Part shown: one piece after another, positions 9,841 through 19,238 of the stretch
Position numbering within the stretch: position 1 is the first letter of the stretch
How the letters are laid out: each line of letters begins with the position of its first letter
Assembly (NCBI GenBank): GCA_963817895.1
Contig: CAWFQB010000007.1
Coordinates: 140,413 to 204,412 of the forward strand
Length of the DNA: 64,000 nt
Source of the DNA: an uncultured Chthonomonadaceae bacterium
GTDB lineage: Bacteria; Armatimonadota; Chthonomonadetes; Chthonomonadales; Chthonomonadaceae
Direction: 5' to 3'
Notes under the pieces: model-generated
The model's input: only the letters and a program-made list of their open reading frames with translations
Database searches by the model: none
What the model was told of the DNA's origin: nothing
Made by a program: the position numbers and the translations under genes

Positions 9841-12222
9841 TCAGCGTTTTGCGCCTGCGGCAAGCAGAATATCAATGACGTGCTGTGCCTGCTTGCGATG
9901 TTCGTCCGTTTCGCATTTGGCAAGGATGAGTTTTGCCCAATCCAGCGCGGTAGTATTCTGTTTGTCCTGCGCGTTGATGTTGGTTCCCTTACGCAGCAGC
10001 AGGCGCAGGCAGTCCTCGCGGGGCGGTGTAAAAGAAGGGGGTTTCTGTTCGCCTTCATTATCCCGATAGCTGTGAATATAGTGGGAAGAAGCATCCCACA
10101 GCAGATGTATCAAGGGAGTGCGGCCTCCGTTGTCGCGGGCATTGACGGACGCGCCCTTTGCCAGCAGCAGTTGCAGCAGGGCGACATCAGGATTGGTGAC
10201 GTTGGCGGCAAGCATGAGCGGCGTTCCGCCCCATTTGTTTCGCACATCGGGGTCGGCTCCAATGGAAAGCAGGAGGCGCGTCATAGGCATAAGGTCATTA
10301 TCAACAGCAAGGTGCAGTGCCGATTGGTTTTCACTGTTAAGCGTATTTATGTCGGCCCCATGTCGAACCAAAAACCGCATACGGTCAGGCTCGAGCATGT
10401 TGTAGCGCGTTAGCAGCATCAGGGGCGTATCGCCAACGCGGTTGCGGACATTCATGCTCAATCCTGCCGCCAGCAAAGTACGCATGATGGAATAAGAGCC
10501 GCCGATTGCGGCATAGTGCAACGCCGTTGTACCATCTGGCGCGCGAATATAAATATTCGCATGATGGTCAAGAAGAGAGTGGAAGGTTTTGGGCGCGCGA
10601 GAACTCGCCGCCAGCATCAGTGGCGTCCGGTCGTAATCGGGCAGCAATTTGTTGAGCGGAATGCCTTGCTGTAATCCTTTGCGAACGCCTGCAATATCGT
10701 CTTTTTCAATCGCCTGATAAAAATTCCAGAGGATATTACGAGAGATCGGTTTCGGATTTGTGGCGGCAGGCTTTGAGGCGGTTGGAACGCGCGTCAAAAT
10801 GGAGTGAGCGCGTGGCGCAGGTACAGGAACGGGCGGGTTCAGGTGGGGCATGTCGTAAGCCGCTATCGCGCCGTCGCTATGAACAGTAAACAGGTCTTTG
10901 CCTGCAACAAGAAAATTTTCGCAGGCGGGCAATTTCCCACAGGATTGCTTCTGCCCGGTTTGCGCGTCTATGTACAGTAATTGCCCGGACTCCATCAGCG
11001 CGAAACAGCCCCGCTCGTAAGCCCGCAGAAAACGTATCGCGCCTGAGGGGTTGCGCCATAGGACGCGGCCATCTGTCGCTCGCAACCCGGTTATTTTGCG
11101 TTGCTGCGCCTGATAAGGTGTGCCGCTGACGACAATCGCCATCTTGGAAGCCGCAACGACCTGCGCCTGCAACACATCCTCAAAGTCGCGCCCGCTCTGT
11201 CCCTGTGCGCTGTTGAAAACTTTGCCGGTTGCCATGTCGAAGTCCGCGCCGGGAAGCAGGCTGAACGTGGGAAACCGCCAAACCGATTTACCCATTTCAT
11301 CCACGCTATACACATAATGCGGCCACACGGAATGACCGGCGTAATCGTCGTCCATGTTGACGAGAATCACGCCCCGGTTTGCCGTCATGCCGACCAGATT
11401 TGCATAGCCACGCAGCGTTTGCAGGTTTTGCGCCATTCCCGTATCCAGATGCAGCAGGCGGGGCTGGTCGGGGTAGGGAAAAGACATCGCAAGAGATGTG
11501 CCATATTGCTCTCCGGCCTGTTTTATGGCGGCTTTTCCCTCCGGCGTGGATAGGAGTACCGGTTGTCCGGTGAGCGCGTCCAGAAAATTCGCGTGACCGT
11601 CATTCATGAGCGCGATGACACTGCCGTATACGCCGATTGGCGCTCGATTCTCTAAATTAAAACGCCATATTTCGCGCCCTGAATCCGCTTCTATACAATG
11701 CAGCGCGTACTCCAGCGTGGTTCGCTTCCCCGGCTGTGTGTCATCATAGAAAGCGAATACCAGAACAACAACGCTTCTGCCATCCTGCCGTGACGCCGTT
11801 CCCAAAAGTTGTAAGTACACATTCGTCTGCTTCGTCTGCGCGTTGCGGGGCATTATTTCCGCGCCGGAAGCGTCGTTGCCGAACAATTCGTTTGCTTCTG
11901 AGTTTGCCGGCCTTGCCTTCCGCCACAGTTGCCGCCCTGTATCTCTGTCAAATGCCACGAGTGCCACCGACTGGTCACCGTGACCATGCGAGACAACTAT
12001 AATCTCGCGCGGCGTGACGGCTATGTTCCAATTTCGCGTTTCTTGCTCAGAAATGCTTTGATTTCGCGTGTCTAATTTGTCCTGCGCTTCCATACGGTAG
12101 GTTTGCCGGGGAACGAGAACGGCTTTTGCGGCGGGCGGTTTCTGGCGCGGGGCGGCAAAACCTGCCCTTAACGCGCCGAACAGGAGAATTGGCAATACAA
12201 CAAGGACAAACAGCGGTTTCAT
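9841..12222 (-). CDS. Secreted PQQ-like beta-propeller plus ankyrin repeat protein
   Basis: Signal peptide; propeller repeats (AFDRDTGRQLW, IEADSGREIW, RATDGRVLW); ankyrin repeats (GxTPLMLA, GADIN). Confidence 0.8.
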   Translation of the reverse strand: MKPLFVLVVLPILLFGALRAGFAAPRQKPPAAKAVLVPRQTYRMEAQDKLDTRNQSISEQETRNWNIAVTPREIIVVSHGHGDQSVALVAFDRDTGRQLWRKARPANSEANELFGNDASGAEIMPRNAQTKQTNVYLQLLGTASRQDGRSVVVLVFAFYDDTQPGKRTTLEYALHCIEADSGREIWRFNLENRAPIGVYGSVIALMNDGHANFLDALTGQPVLLSTPEGKAAIKQAGEQYGTSLAMSFPYPDQPRLLHLDTGMAQNLQTLRGYANLVGMTANRGVILVNMDDDYAGHSVWPHYVYSVDEMGKSVWRFPTFSLLPGADFDMATGKVFNSAQGQSGRDFEDVLQAQVVAASKMAIVVSGTPYQAQQRKITGLRATDGRVLWRNPSGAIRFLRAYERGCFALMESGQLLYIDAQTGQKQSCGKLPACENFLVAGKDLFTVHSDGAIAAYDMPHLNPPVPVPAPRAHSILTRVPTASKPAATNPKPISRNILWNFYQAIEKDDIAGVRKGLQQGIPLNKLLPDYDRTPLMLAASSRAPKTFHSLLDHHANIYIRAPDGTTALHYAAIGGSYSIMRTLLAAGLSMNVRNRVGDTPLMLLTRYNMLEPDRMRFLVRHGADINTLNSENQSALHLAVDNDLMPMTRLLLSIGADPDVRNKWGGTPLMLAANVTNPDVALLQLLLAKGASVNARDNGGRTPLIHLLWDASSHYIHSYRDNEGEQKPPSFTPPREDCLRLLLRKGTNINAQDKQNTTALDWAKLILAKCETDEHRKQAQHVIDILLAAGAKR

Positions 12223-12246
12223 AAGGGTTTCCTTTACAGGCGCATT

Positions 12247-12351
12247 TTGTCTTGAACCATGATTTTTCATGATTACGATGATTACCATGATGAACGCGCC
12301 TTTTCAATCATGCCAATCACATAAATCATGCAAAATCATGGTTCAAGACAA
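12247..12351. repeat. Palindromic element with 20-bp terminal inverted repeats and internal 9-mer units
   Basis: ttgtcttgaaccatgatttt ... aaaatcatggttcaagacaa. Confidence 0.75.
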
Positions 12352-12353
12352 GT

Positions 12354-13028
12354 TTAGCCATTTTCCTGCGATAACGTTGTGTCCGGTTCCGGTGTGACAG
12401 GAACTTTCAACGCTTCCTCGTTGCGCCAGTAGATGCTGTTGGCGCGAGTCATTAATTTGTTGTCTACGAGGTAGCGGCGCAATGTGGCGAAATCCGGGTG
12501 GAAGCCTTTTAGAATTTCGTTCACCTCTTTTTCCGTGTAGTGGCGGGCTGTCTCGAACTCCTGCGCCAATCGCCGCAAAACAATAACCTGCTTCTTGCGC
12601 TGTGTCGGAATCTCTTTCAAGCGGTGATGAACCACTTCAAACGTTCCTTCCGGCAATTTCACCTGTTCCACGCTTGCCCGCTGAAAGAATGTATTGAGTA
12701 TATGCTTCTCGTACTCGTCTTCTGTTTCTTGCGCTTCTTCTGCCCCGGCTTTGGTTTTCAATTCTTTCAGGAGGGCGTGTACCCCCTCCTGCGCCAGTCG
12801 GTAGTAGTGCGACGTGCCCTCCTGCCGCATCTCCACCATGTTGTTGTTGCGCAACATGGTGAGATGCCACGAAACCGTCGGCTCTTTCAACTCCAGAACT
12901 TCCGCCAGTTCCTTGACCGCGTATTCTCGTTCCGACAGCAATGCCAGCAGGCGAAACCGACTTTTATCCGCCAGCACTTTCAAAAACTGCAAAATCCGAT
13001 CCAGTTCCTTCGCATCAATTTGCACCAT
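12354..13028 (-). CDS. ArsR/SmtB HTH regulator with C-terminal DUF2087
   Basis: LKVLADKSR...PTVSWHL HTH; YTEKEVN...DFATLRRYLVD. Confidence 0.85.
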   Translation of the reverse strand: MVQIDAKELDRILQFLKVLADKSRFRLLALLSEREYAVKELAEVLELKEPTVSWHLTMLRNNNMVEMRQEGTSHYYRLAQEGVHALLKELKTKAGAEEAQETEDEYEKHILNTFFQRASVEQVKLPEGTFEVVHHRLKEIPTQRKKQVIVLRRLAQEFETARHYTEKEVNEILKGFHPDFATLRRYLVDNKLMTRANSIYWRNEEALKVPVTPEPDTTLSQENG

Positions 13029-13037
13029 ATTCTTGTT

Positions 13038-13100
13038 CCCATCTAATTAGATAATTGTCTAATTAGATGGGATTCTAACATAACGCTTGCCCTTTGTCAA
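13038..13100 (-). promoter_or_regulatory. sigma70 promoter with downstream palindromic operator
   Basis: TTGACA-17-TAGAAT followed by the palindrome cccatctaattaga-N6-tctaattagatggg. Confidence 0.7.
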
Positions 13101-13114
13101 GAGGACGCTGATGA

Positions 13115-13155
13115 AAATCCTGTGTAATCCTGAAAATCCTGTTAATCCTGTCTAT
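13115..13155. repeat. aatcctg-type 9-mer tandem repeat
   Basis: Four aatcctg units; a reverse-complement copy lies at 17029-17069. Confidence 0.65.
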
Positions 13156-13271
13156 TTCCTCCTCTTCTCCCTATCTCCATGTCTCCTGTTCTTGTATCAG
13201 CGAGAAGGAAAGCAGGCAGAAAGCGGCGAACAAAGCGGTATACCGCATTGAAATCTGTTATGGAGGCCATT

Positions 13272-14174
13272 ATGCCTTTAGCCGCTTTTCCCAAGTGTTT
13301 TCTGGATGCTCTTAGTGTGGAACACAGCATGAGCGCGGAAGAATGGATTGATCTTGCCGCGAACGAGTTGGATATTGACGGGCTGGAATTTTACTGGGGC
13401 TTTACTCCCGCCGGGGATGCCGAGCATTTACAGCGATTGCGCAAGCGCGTTGCAGGACATGGCCTGCAAATTCCCATGATGTGCTACTCGCCCGACTTTA
13501 CCAAACCAGACGAGGAAGCGCGTCAGGAAGAGATCGCCAAACAGCAAAAGGCCATTGAGGTGACGGCGGCATTGGGCGGGAAATATTGCCGCGTGTTGTC
13601 GGGACAGCGAAGGCCGGATGTGTCTGTCGAAGACGGCGTTCGTTACGCGGCGGAGTGCATTACAGCGTGTTTGCCATGCGCCGAACGAAACAACATTGTC
13701 CTTATTCTCGAAAACCACTACAAGGACGGCTACTGGCAATACCCCGAACTGGCGCAAAAGCGGGATGTGTTCCTGCAACTGCTTAATGCCATTCCCCAAT
13801 CCCCCTTCTTCGGCGTCAATTACGACCCTTCCAACGCCATTATTGCCGGTGATGACCCGATTGAACTGCTGGAAGCCGTGAAATCGCGCGTCGTGACCAT
13901 GCATGCCAGTGACCGGTATCTGGAGGGCGCGACGCTCGACGACCTGCGCAAACTGGAAGCCCACCCGACGCAGGGCTACGCTTCCATTCTCAAACACGGG
14001 GTCATCGGGCAGGGCTTCAACGACTACGACCAAATCTTTTCCATCCTCAAAAACGCGGGTTTCAACGGCTGGATCAGCATCGAAGACGGACAGGACCCGA
14101 CCGTTGGCATGGAACATCTCAAACAATCCGCTGAATTTCTGCGAACCAAAATGGCGCAGCACGGACTCCAGTAA
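13272..14174 (+). CDS. Sugar phosphate isomerase/epimerase (xylose isomerase-like TIM barrel)
   Basis: LENH, NYDPSN, MHASD and SIED motifs. Confidence 0.85.
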   Translation: MPLAAFPKCFLDALSVEHSMSAEEWIDLAANELDIDGLEFYWGFTPAGDAEHLQRLRKRVAGHGLQIPMMCYSPDFTKPDEEARQEEIAKQQKAIEVTAALGGKYCRVLSGQRRPDVSVEDGVRYAAECITACLPCAERNNIVLILENHYKDGYWQYPELAQKRDVFLQLLNAIPQSPFFGVNYDPSNAIIAGDDPIELLEAVKSRVVTMHASDRYLEGATLDDLRKLEAHPTQGYASILKHGVIGQGFNDYDQIFSILKNAGFNGWISIEDGQDPTVGMEHLKQSAEFLRTKMAQHGLQ

Positions 14175-14227
14175 GCAAAGCGGGGTATGCCCTGCGGTAC
14201 AATGATTGTAGAAAGGAAGGAACCTCT

Positions 14228-14908
14228 ATGTCTGCGGAAACCATACCCTTTGCGCCTGCGCCTTCACGGTTTGCGCCGCCCTACCTGCCGCCGGGGGCAA
14301 TTGTTATGTCGGTGGAGGAGTACCTCGAATTTGAGCGCGAATCGGAAATCAAATACGAGTACGTAGACTTTTACGCCATTCCCAGAGAAGGCGTTGAGAT
14401 ACTGGAAAACGGCGAGATACGCGCCATGTCGGGTGTTGCGCCTCCGCATAACCGCATAACCCTGAACATTACTACGAAGATGGATAACACGATTGGTGAG
14501 CGCCCCTGCGACGTGTACACCTCCGACATTAAGGTGCGCGTTTCAAATGTGAAATACCGTTATCCTGATGTTGCAGCCTTGTGCGGAGAGGCGCAGTTTG
14601 ATGATGCCGACCCGCCTTGCCTGCTGAACCCTTCCGTGCTGATGGAAGTGCTGTCGCCGTCTACACAAAACATAGATATGGGCCAGAAATTCAAGGAGTA
14701 CAAGCAAATTCCCACGCTAAGAGACTATGTTCTCATCGCGCAGGATCGCATGGAAGTCACTCACTATTCCCGCCGCGATGTGCTGGCATGGGTAATTGAG
14801 GACTACACGCAGCCGACGGATGTATTAACGCTTGCAACGCTTGACGTGTCCATGTCTCTTGCGGAGATATACCGCAAAATCGTATTCCCATCCCCTGTAG
14901 TCTCGTAG
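14228..14908 (+). CDS. Uma2 family endonuclease (DUF820)
   Basis: EEYL, YPD, EVLSPST, K..Y motifs. Confidence 0.9.
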   Translation: MSAETIPFAPAPSRFAPPYLPPGAIVMSVEEYLEFERESEIKYEYVDFYAIPREGVEILENGEIRAMSGVAPPHNRITLNITTKMDNTIGERPCDVYTSDIKVRVSNVKYRYPDVAALCGEAQFDDADPPCLLNPSVLMEVLSPSTQNIDMGQKFKEYKQIPTLRDYVLIAQDRMEVTHYSRRDVLAWVIEDYTQPTDVLTLATLDVSMSLAEIYRKIVFPSPVVS

Positions 14909-14958
14909 CGGCTTGTCTGCGTCAATCTCTGCGCCTCTCCATTTTGACAGGAACCTTT

Positions 14959-15675
14959 ATGAAAACCATTGTGCAGATATCGCTGGATATAACCAACATT
15001 CCCGAAGCGCTGGAAACGGCGCGTATGGCGTTGCGGGCGGGCGTGGACTGGCTGGAAGCAGGGACACCGCTGATTATCGCGGAGGGCGTGAACGGCATCC
15101 GCGCTCTGCGTTCCGAATTCGGGCCGGAGGTTCCCATTGTCGCCGATCTGAAAATCATGGACGGCGGCTGGCTGGAAGCGCAGCTTATGGCGGAAGCGGG
15201 CGCGAATTACGTAGTTGTCATGGAACGCGCCCATGCGGAAACTATCAAGGTTGTCGTCAAGGCGGGGCGCGATTTTGGCGTACAAATCATGGGCGACAAT
15301 CTGGCCGCGCCGGATATGGTGGCATCGGCGAAACGTCTGGAAGATCTGGGCTGTGATTTCGTCATACACCATATCGGCTTCGATGAGCGGCGGGGCATTG
15401 CCGCTATGGGCCAACCCATGCCTAGCCCGCTGGACCAACTCCGAAAGATTGTGCAGGCTGTGTCCATTCCCGTGCAGGCGGTTGGCGGGCTGACAGTGGA
15501 ACAGGCGGTTCGGACGCCGGAATATGGCGCTCCGCTTGTCGTCCTCGGCGCTCCGCTGACCATTGACGCCGACGCCTTCAAAACCGCGTCGGGCGACGTG
15601 GAAAGCAAACTGCGCCTCATCTGCGACAAAGTTCACGCTTACGGCGATGTTGGCCCGAATACGAAGACAGGTTAG
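14959..15675 (+). CDS. 3-hexulose-6-phosphate synthase / KGPDC (OMP decarboxylase superfamily)
   Basis: QISLD, WLEAGTPL, VADLKIMDGG motifs. Confidence 0.8.
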   Translation: MKTIVQISLDITNIPEALETARMALRAGVDWLEAGTPLIIAEGVNGIRALRSEFGPEVPIVADLKIMDGGWLEAQLMAEAGANYVVVMERAHAETIKVVVKAGRDFGVQIMGDNLAAPDMVASAKRLEDLGCDFVIHHIGFDERRGIAAMGQPMPSPLDQLRKIVQAVSIPVQAVGGLTVEQAVRTPEYGAPLVVLGAPLTIDADAFKTASGDVESKLRLICDKVHAYGDVGPNTKTG

Positions 15676-15704
15676 CCGCGAATGAACGCGAATACACGCG
15701 AATG
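15672..15704 (+). repeat. ttagccgcgaat-(acacgcgaat)n element
   Basis: Further copies at 16998-17023 (+) and 30149-30180 (-). Confidence 0.7.
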
Positions 15705-15786
15705 AGAACAAGGAAATCTCACCACAGAGGCACAGAGACACAGAGGGGCCACAGAGAAAACCAAGAGGGAAACAAGAGAAAGCGCT

Positions 15787-16947
15787 ATGGCGGATTTATC
15801 GAAAGGCAATAGCCCGTTTTATCCGGGGCATCCCGTGCCGCCGGAGTTTTTTGTCGGCAGGCAGGCGCAAATTGACCGCATTTTACAGCGCGGCGTGGGG
15901 CAGGTGGCGGCAGGCAAGCCTGTTTCGATGTTTATTCAGGGCGAGTACGGCATTGGCAAGAGTTCGATTGCCAATCTGGTGCAGCGGATTGCGGCAAAAC
16001 AGCACAGTCTCTACCCAATTTATGTCACGCTTGGTGGGGCGCATACGGTTCAGGAAATGGCGGCTTCGCTTCTGGAAGCGACGGTCCGCTCGGAAGGCTA
16101 CGAAACCACCAACACCGAAAAGGTGCGCGGCTGGCTGGCGAAATACATCGGCAAGCAGAGTTTGTTTGGAGTTTCGCTGAACCTGAAAGCCTTGCAGCAG
16201 GACGCGCCCAATCTGGCGACGCCGCTTGCCCTGCTGGAATTTCTGGCGCAGTTGATTGAACGCTTGAAAGATACGGGCGTCAAGGGCGTGTTTTTGGTGC
16301 TGGATGAAATCAACGGTATTGCCGCCGATCCGCAGTTCGCGCAGTTCATTAAGGGACTGGTGGACGCGAACATGCTGGCGCGCAGCCCCGTACCCCTGTT
16401 GCTGATGCTGTGCGGCGTGGAACAGCGGCGGCGCGACATGATTCAGAAGCATCCGCCCGTAGACCGCATTTTCGACATTCTGGACATCGAGCCGATGAGC
16501 AAGCCGGAAATGGAGGAGTTCTTTCAATCCGCGTTTGCCGCCGTAGACGTGGCGATGACAAAGGAAGCGCTGGATTTATTTACGTTTGTGTCGGCGGGTT
16601 TTCCCAAAATCATGCACGTTGTTGGGGACGCGGGTTTTTGGACAAATCAGGATGCCACGCTGGATTTGCAGGACGCGCAGCAGGCTGTCACGCAGGCGGC
16701 AGATGAGGTCGGCAAGAAGTTCGTGGAAGCGCAGGTTTACGCGGCTCTGCGCAGCAGCGATTATCGAACTCTGCTCGGCAAAATCGCCACTGCGGGCGAT
16801 ACGTTTACCCGCGCCGCCGTTGCCGCCAATCTTGCGGACAGCGAAAAGAAGAAACTGGACAACTTTCTGCGCAAAATGGTCAGCCTGAACGTCATTCGAC
16901 GGGGCGAGTCATCCGGGGAATACGTGTTCAACGTTCGCATGGTGTAG
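15787..16947 (+). CDS. AAA+/STAND-like ATPase with probable C-terminal wHTH (may extend to 17001)
   Basis: SPFYPG...FVGR, Walker A GEYGIGKS, Walker B LVLDE. Confidence 0.8.
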   Translation: MADLSKGNSPFYPGHPVPPEFFVGRQAQIDRILQRGVGQVAAGKPVSMFIQGEYGIGKSSIANLVQRIAAKQHSLYPIYVTLGGAHTVQEMAASLLEATVRSEGYETTNTEKVRGWLAKYIGKQSLFGVSLNLKALQQDAPNLATPLALLEFLAQLIERLKDTGVKGVFLVLDEINGIAADPQFAQFIKGLVDANMLARSPVPLLLMLCGVEQRRRDMIQKHPPVDRIFDILDIEPMSKPEMEEFFQSAFAAVDVAMTKEALDLFTFVSAGFPKIMHVVGDAGFWTNQDATLDLQDAQQAVTQAADEVGKKFVEAQVYAALRSSDYRTLLGKIATAGDTFTRAAVAANLADSEKKKLDNFLRKMVSLNVIRRGESSGEYVFNVRMV

Positions 16948-16997
16948 CTATACATTCTTCTGCAAAGCCTCAAAGACCAATCGGGGATGCAGGCAAT

Positions 16998-17069
16998 TTA
17001 GCCGCGAATACACGCGAATACACTCCAGAATAGACAGGATTAACAGGATTTCTCAGGATTGACAGGATT
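16998..17069. repeat. gcgaatacac element followed by caggatt 9-mer array
   Basis: Direct copy of the 15672 element and inverted copy of the 13115 array. Confidence 0.65.
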
Positions 17070-17123
17070 ATGGGGTAAAGTAAGGCGGCAGACAGTTACT
17101 TTTTGCGAGGAGAAGATAGCGGT

Positions 17124-18284
17124 ATGAAGATACATGAGTATCAGGCGAAGGAAGTGCTGGCGAAATACGGCGTGGCCGTACCGAAGAACGCCGGGGTTGC
17201 GAGTACGCCGGAAGAGGTCAAGGCGAAAGTGGCCGAATTAGGCGGGCGGGGCGTGGTGAAAGCGCAGGTGCATACGGGCGGGCGCGGCAAGGCGGGCGGC
17301 ATCAAGGTCGCCAACTCGCCCGAAGAGGCCGAAACCATCGCCCAAACCATGCTCGGTATGCTGCTCAAAACCCACCAGAACCCGGACGGCCTGACGGTTG
17401 AGAAAGTTCTCATTGAAGAACCCATCAAGATTGTGCAGGAATACTATTTGGGCATCGTGCCGGACCGTGACACGCAGCGCGATATTCTGATTGTCAGCGC
17501 GAAGGGCGGCATGGACATTGAAGCGGTTGCGGAAGAGGACCCGGACGCGATTGCGCGTTTGCCCGTTGACCCGCTCGGTGGTCTGCGCGACTATGAACTG
17601 CGGCAAGTCTGCTACGACGCCAAACTCGATCCGAAAGTGATTAACAAGGCCGTCGTGTTTCTGCGCCAGTTATACAACGCATACGTCGGCTCGGATGGCT
17701 CGCTGGCGGAAATCAACCCGCTTGCCGTGACCGAAGACGGGCGCGTACTGGCGGCAGACGCCAAATTTCAGATTGACGACAGCGCGATGTTCCGGCATCC
17801 CGAATTCGCCGGGTACGTCGAAGGCAGCGAAGAGGATGAAATCGAAGCCGAAGCGCACAAACTGGACATCGCGTATGTGCGGTTGGGCGGTGATGTTGGT
17901 ATTATCTGCAACGGCGCGGGCCTGACCATGACCACGATGGACGAGGTGCAACGCGCGGGCGGCCATCCTGCCGACTTTCTGGACGTGGGCGGCGGGGCGC
18001 AAGCCGAGCGGGTGAAAGCCTGTCTTGGCATTGTCCTGTCCGACCCGAACGTGAAGGGCGTCCTCATCAATATCTTCGGCGGCATCACCCGCTGCGACGA
18101 GGTTGCCAAAGGCGTGATTTCCGCAACCGAAAGCATGGAAATCAAAGTTCCTATCGTGGTTCGTCTCGCCGGTACGCGGGCGGAGGAGGGAATAGAAATC
18201 CTCTCCCAATCCAACCTCATTCCCGCCGGCACGATGCAGGAAGCGGCGGCGAAAATCGTTTCGCTTGTGAACAAAGCCGCGTAA
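17124..18284 (+). CDS. sucC: Succinyl-CoA ligase (ADP-forming) beta subunit
   Basis: MKIHEYQAK, KAQVHTGGRGKAGG, EINPL, NGAGL, NIFGGITRCD. Confidence 0.95.
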   Translation: MKIHEYQAKEVLAKYGVAVPKNAGVASTPEEVKAKVAELGGRGVVKAQVHTGGRGKAGGIKVANSPEEAETIAQTMLGMLLKTHQNPDGLTVEKVLIEEPIKIVQEYYLGIVPDRDTQRDILIVSAKGGMDIEAVAEEDPDAIARLPVDPLGGLRDYELRQVCYDAKLDPKVINKAVVFLRQLYNAYVGSDGSLAEINPLAVTEDGRVLAADAKFQIDDSAMFRHPEFAGYVEGSEEDEIEAEAHKLDIAYVRLGGDVGIICNGAGLTMTTMDEVQRAGGHPADFLDVGGGAQAERVKACLGIVLSDPNVKGVLINIFGGITRCDEVAKGVISATESMEIKVPIVVRLAGTRAEEGIEILSQSNLIPAGTMQEAAAKIVSLVNKAA

Positions 18285-18285
18285 A

Positions 18286-18406
18286 GAGATACGAGATACA
18301 AGATACGAGATACGAGTAAGGATGCTTCCTTACGGCACTTATCTTTGTTGTAGAGGATAAAGTGATCGTTACAAGACTCGTATCTCGTATCTTGTATCTC
18401 GTATCT
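18286..18406. repeat. (GAGATAC)n ... (GTATCTC)n inverted heptamer element
   Basis: About four heptamers on each arm. Confidence 0.8.
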
Positions 18407-18421
18407 TCCCCGGAGGGCATC

Positions 18422-19048
18422 ATGGACGAACTGGACCCCATACATAAAGTGGAACTCGCCATGCTGCGCGCCGAGCATCAGAAGAGGTTCCAGACGCTGA
18501 TTACCTATCTCAAAGACAAGGTGGGGCCGGGGATCGAGTACCGCAACGCCGTCGCCCGCGTGGTGGTTTCGGAACAGGGCGCGTATTACGAACTCAACGA
18601 CCTGCCCGAAGAGTTTTCCGGGGCGGTGGGGCCGGATGTGGAACAGCGGTATGTGACGCCGAATGAGGCGGTTGGACTGCTGGCGCGGGCGGTGGAAGCG
18701 GTCAAACAGGCGAATCGGGACAATGCGCGGCAGTGTTCCATTTTGGCGCTTTACTCGCGCCGGGGCATTATTGATCGCAAGAACTGCTATGTTTACGAGT
18801 ACCGCAGCGTGGGCGAACAGGCCGCCTCAGAGCCGCTTGTTATCGGGCAGTTTCAATCCGGCGTCATGCCCCTGTTCTTCAAAATTAAAATGGATGCGGA
18901 TTTCAGTCCCGATGTTCTGGATATGCCGCGCGGCATCGTGTTTTGCATCGCCAACCCCGGCGACCGGCATCTGCTCATCCGCCTGCCCTTCACCGGCGAT
19001 CAGGTGACAAATCTCACGGAAGCGACTTCGGCGGAGAGGGTTCAGTGA
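18422..19048 (+). CDS. Hypothetical protein
   Basis: ggaggg RBS before the ATG; host-like codon usage. Confidence 0.7.
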   Translation: MDELDPIHKVELAMLRAEHQKRFQTLITYLKDKVGPGIEYRNAVARVVVSEQGAYYELNDLPEEFSGAVGPDVEQRYVTPNEAVGLLARAVEAVKQANRDNARQCSILALYSRRGIIDRKNCYVYEYRSVGEQAASEPLVIGQFQSGVMPLFFKIKMDADFSPDVLDMPRGIVFCIANPGDRHLLIRLPFTGDQVTNLTEATSAERVQ

Positions 19049-19136
19049 GATACGAGATACGAGATACGAGATACCAGGCATGGCTCTGTTCAACTCGCGC
19101 ATTGTCCTAATATCTCGTATCTCGTATCTCATATCT
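19047..19136. repeat. (GAGATAC)n ... (GTATCTC)n inverted heptamer element
   Basis: Second copy; overlaps the upstream stop codon. Confidence 0.8.
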
Positions 19137-19238
19137 TCCTTGCTTTTTCGCGCAGTACAGGATATAATAAGTTAGGACGTAGCCGTACTAGACTGTAATT
19201 TAGATTGAGAATAGCGCGGCAAAAAGGATGTGGATCGC

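Noticed and set aside
17124..18284. sucC without an adjacent sucD
   Set aside because: Split sucC/sucD arrangements occur, and sucD may be elsewhere in the genome
18286..19136. CRISPR array
   Set aside because: These are short heptamer tandem units in inverted arrangement, with no repeat-spacer periodicity and no cas genes
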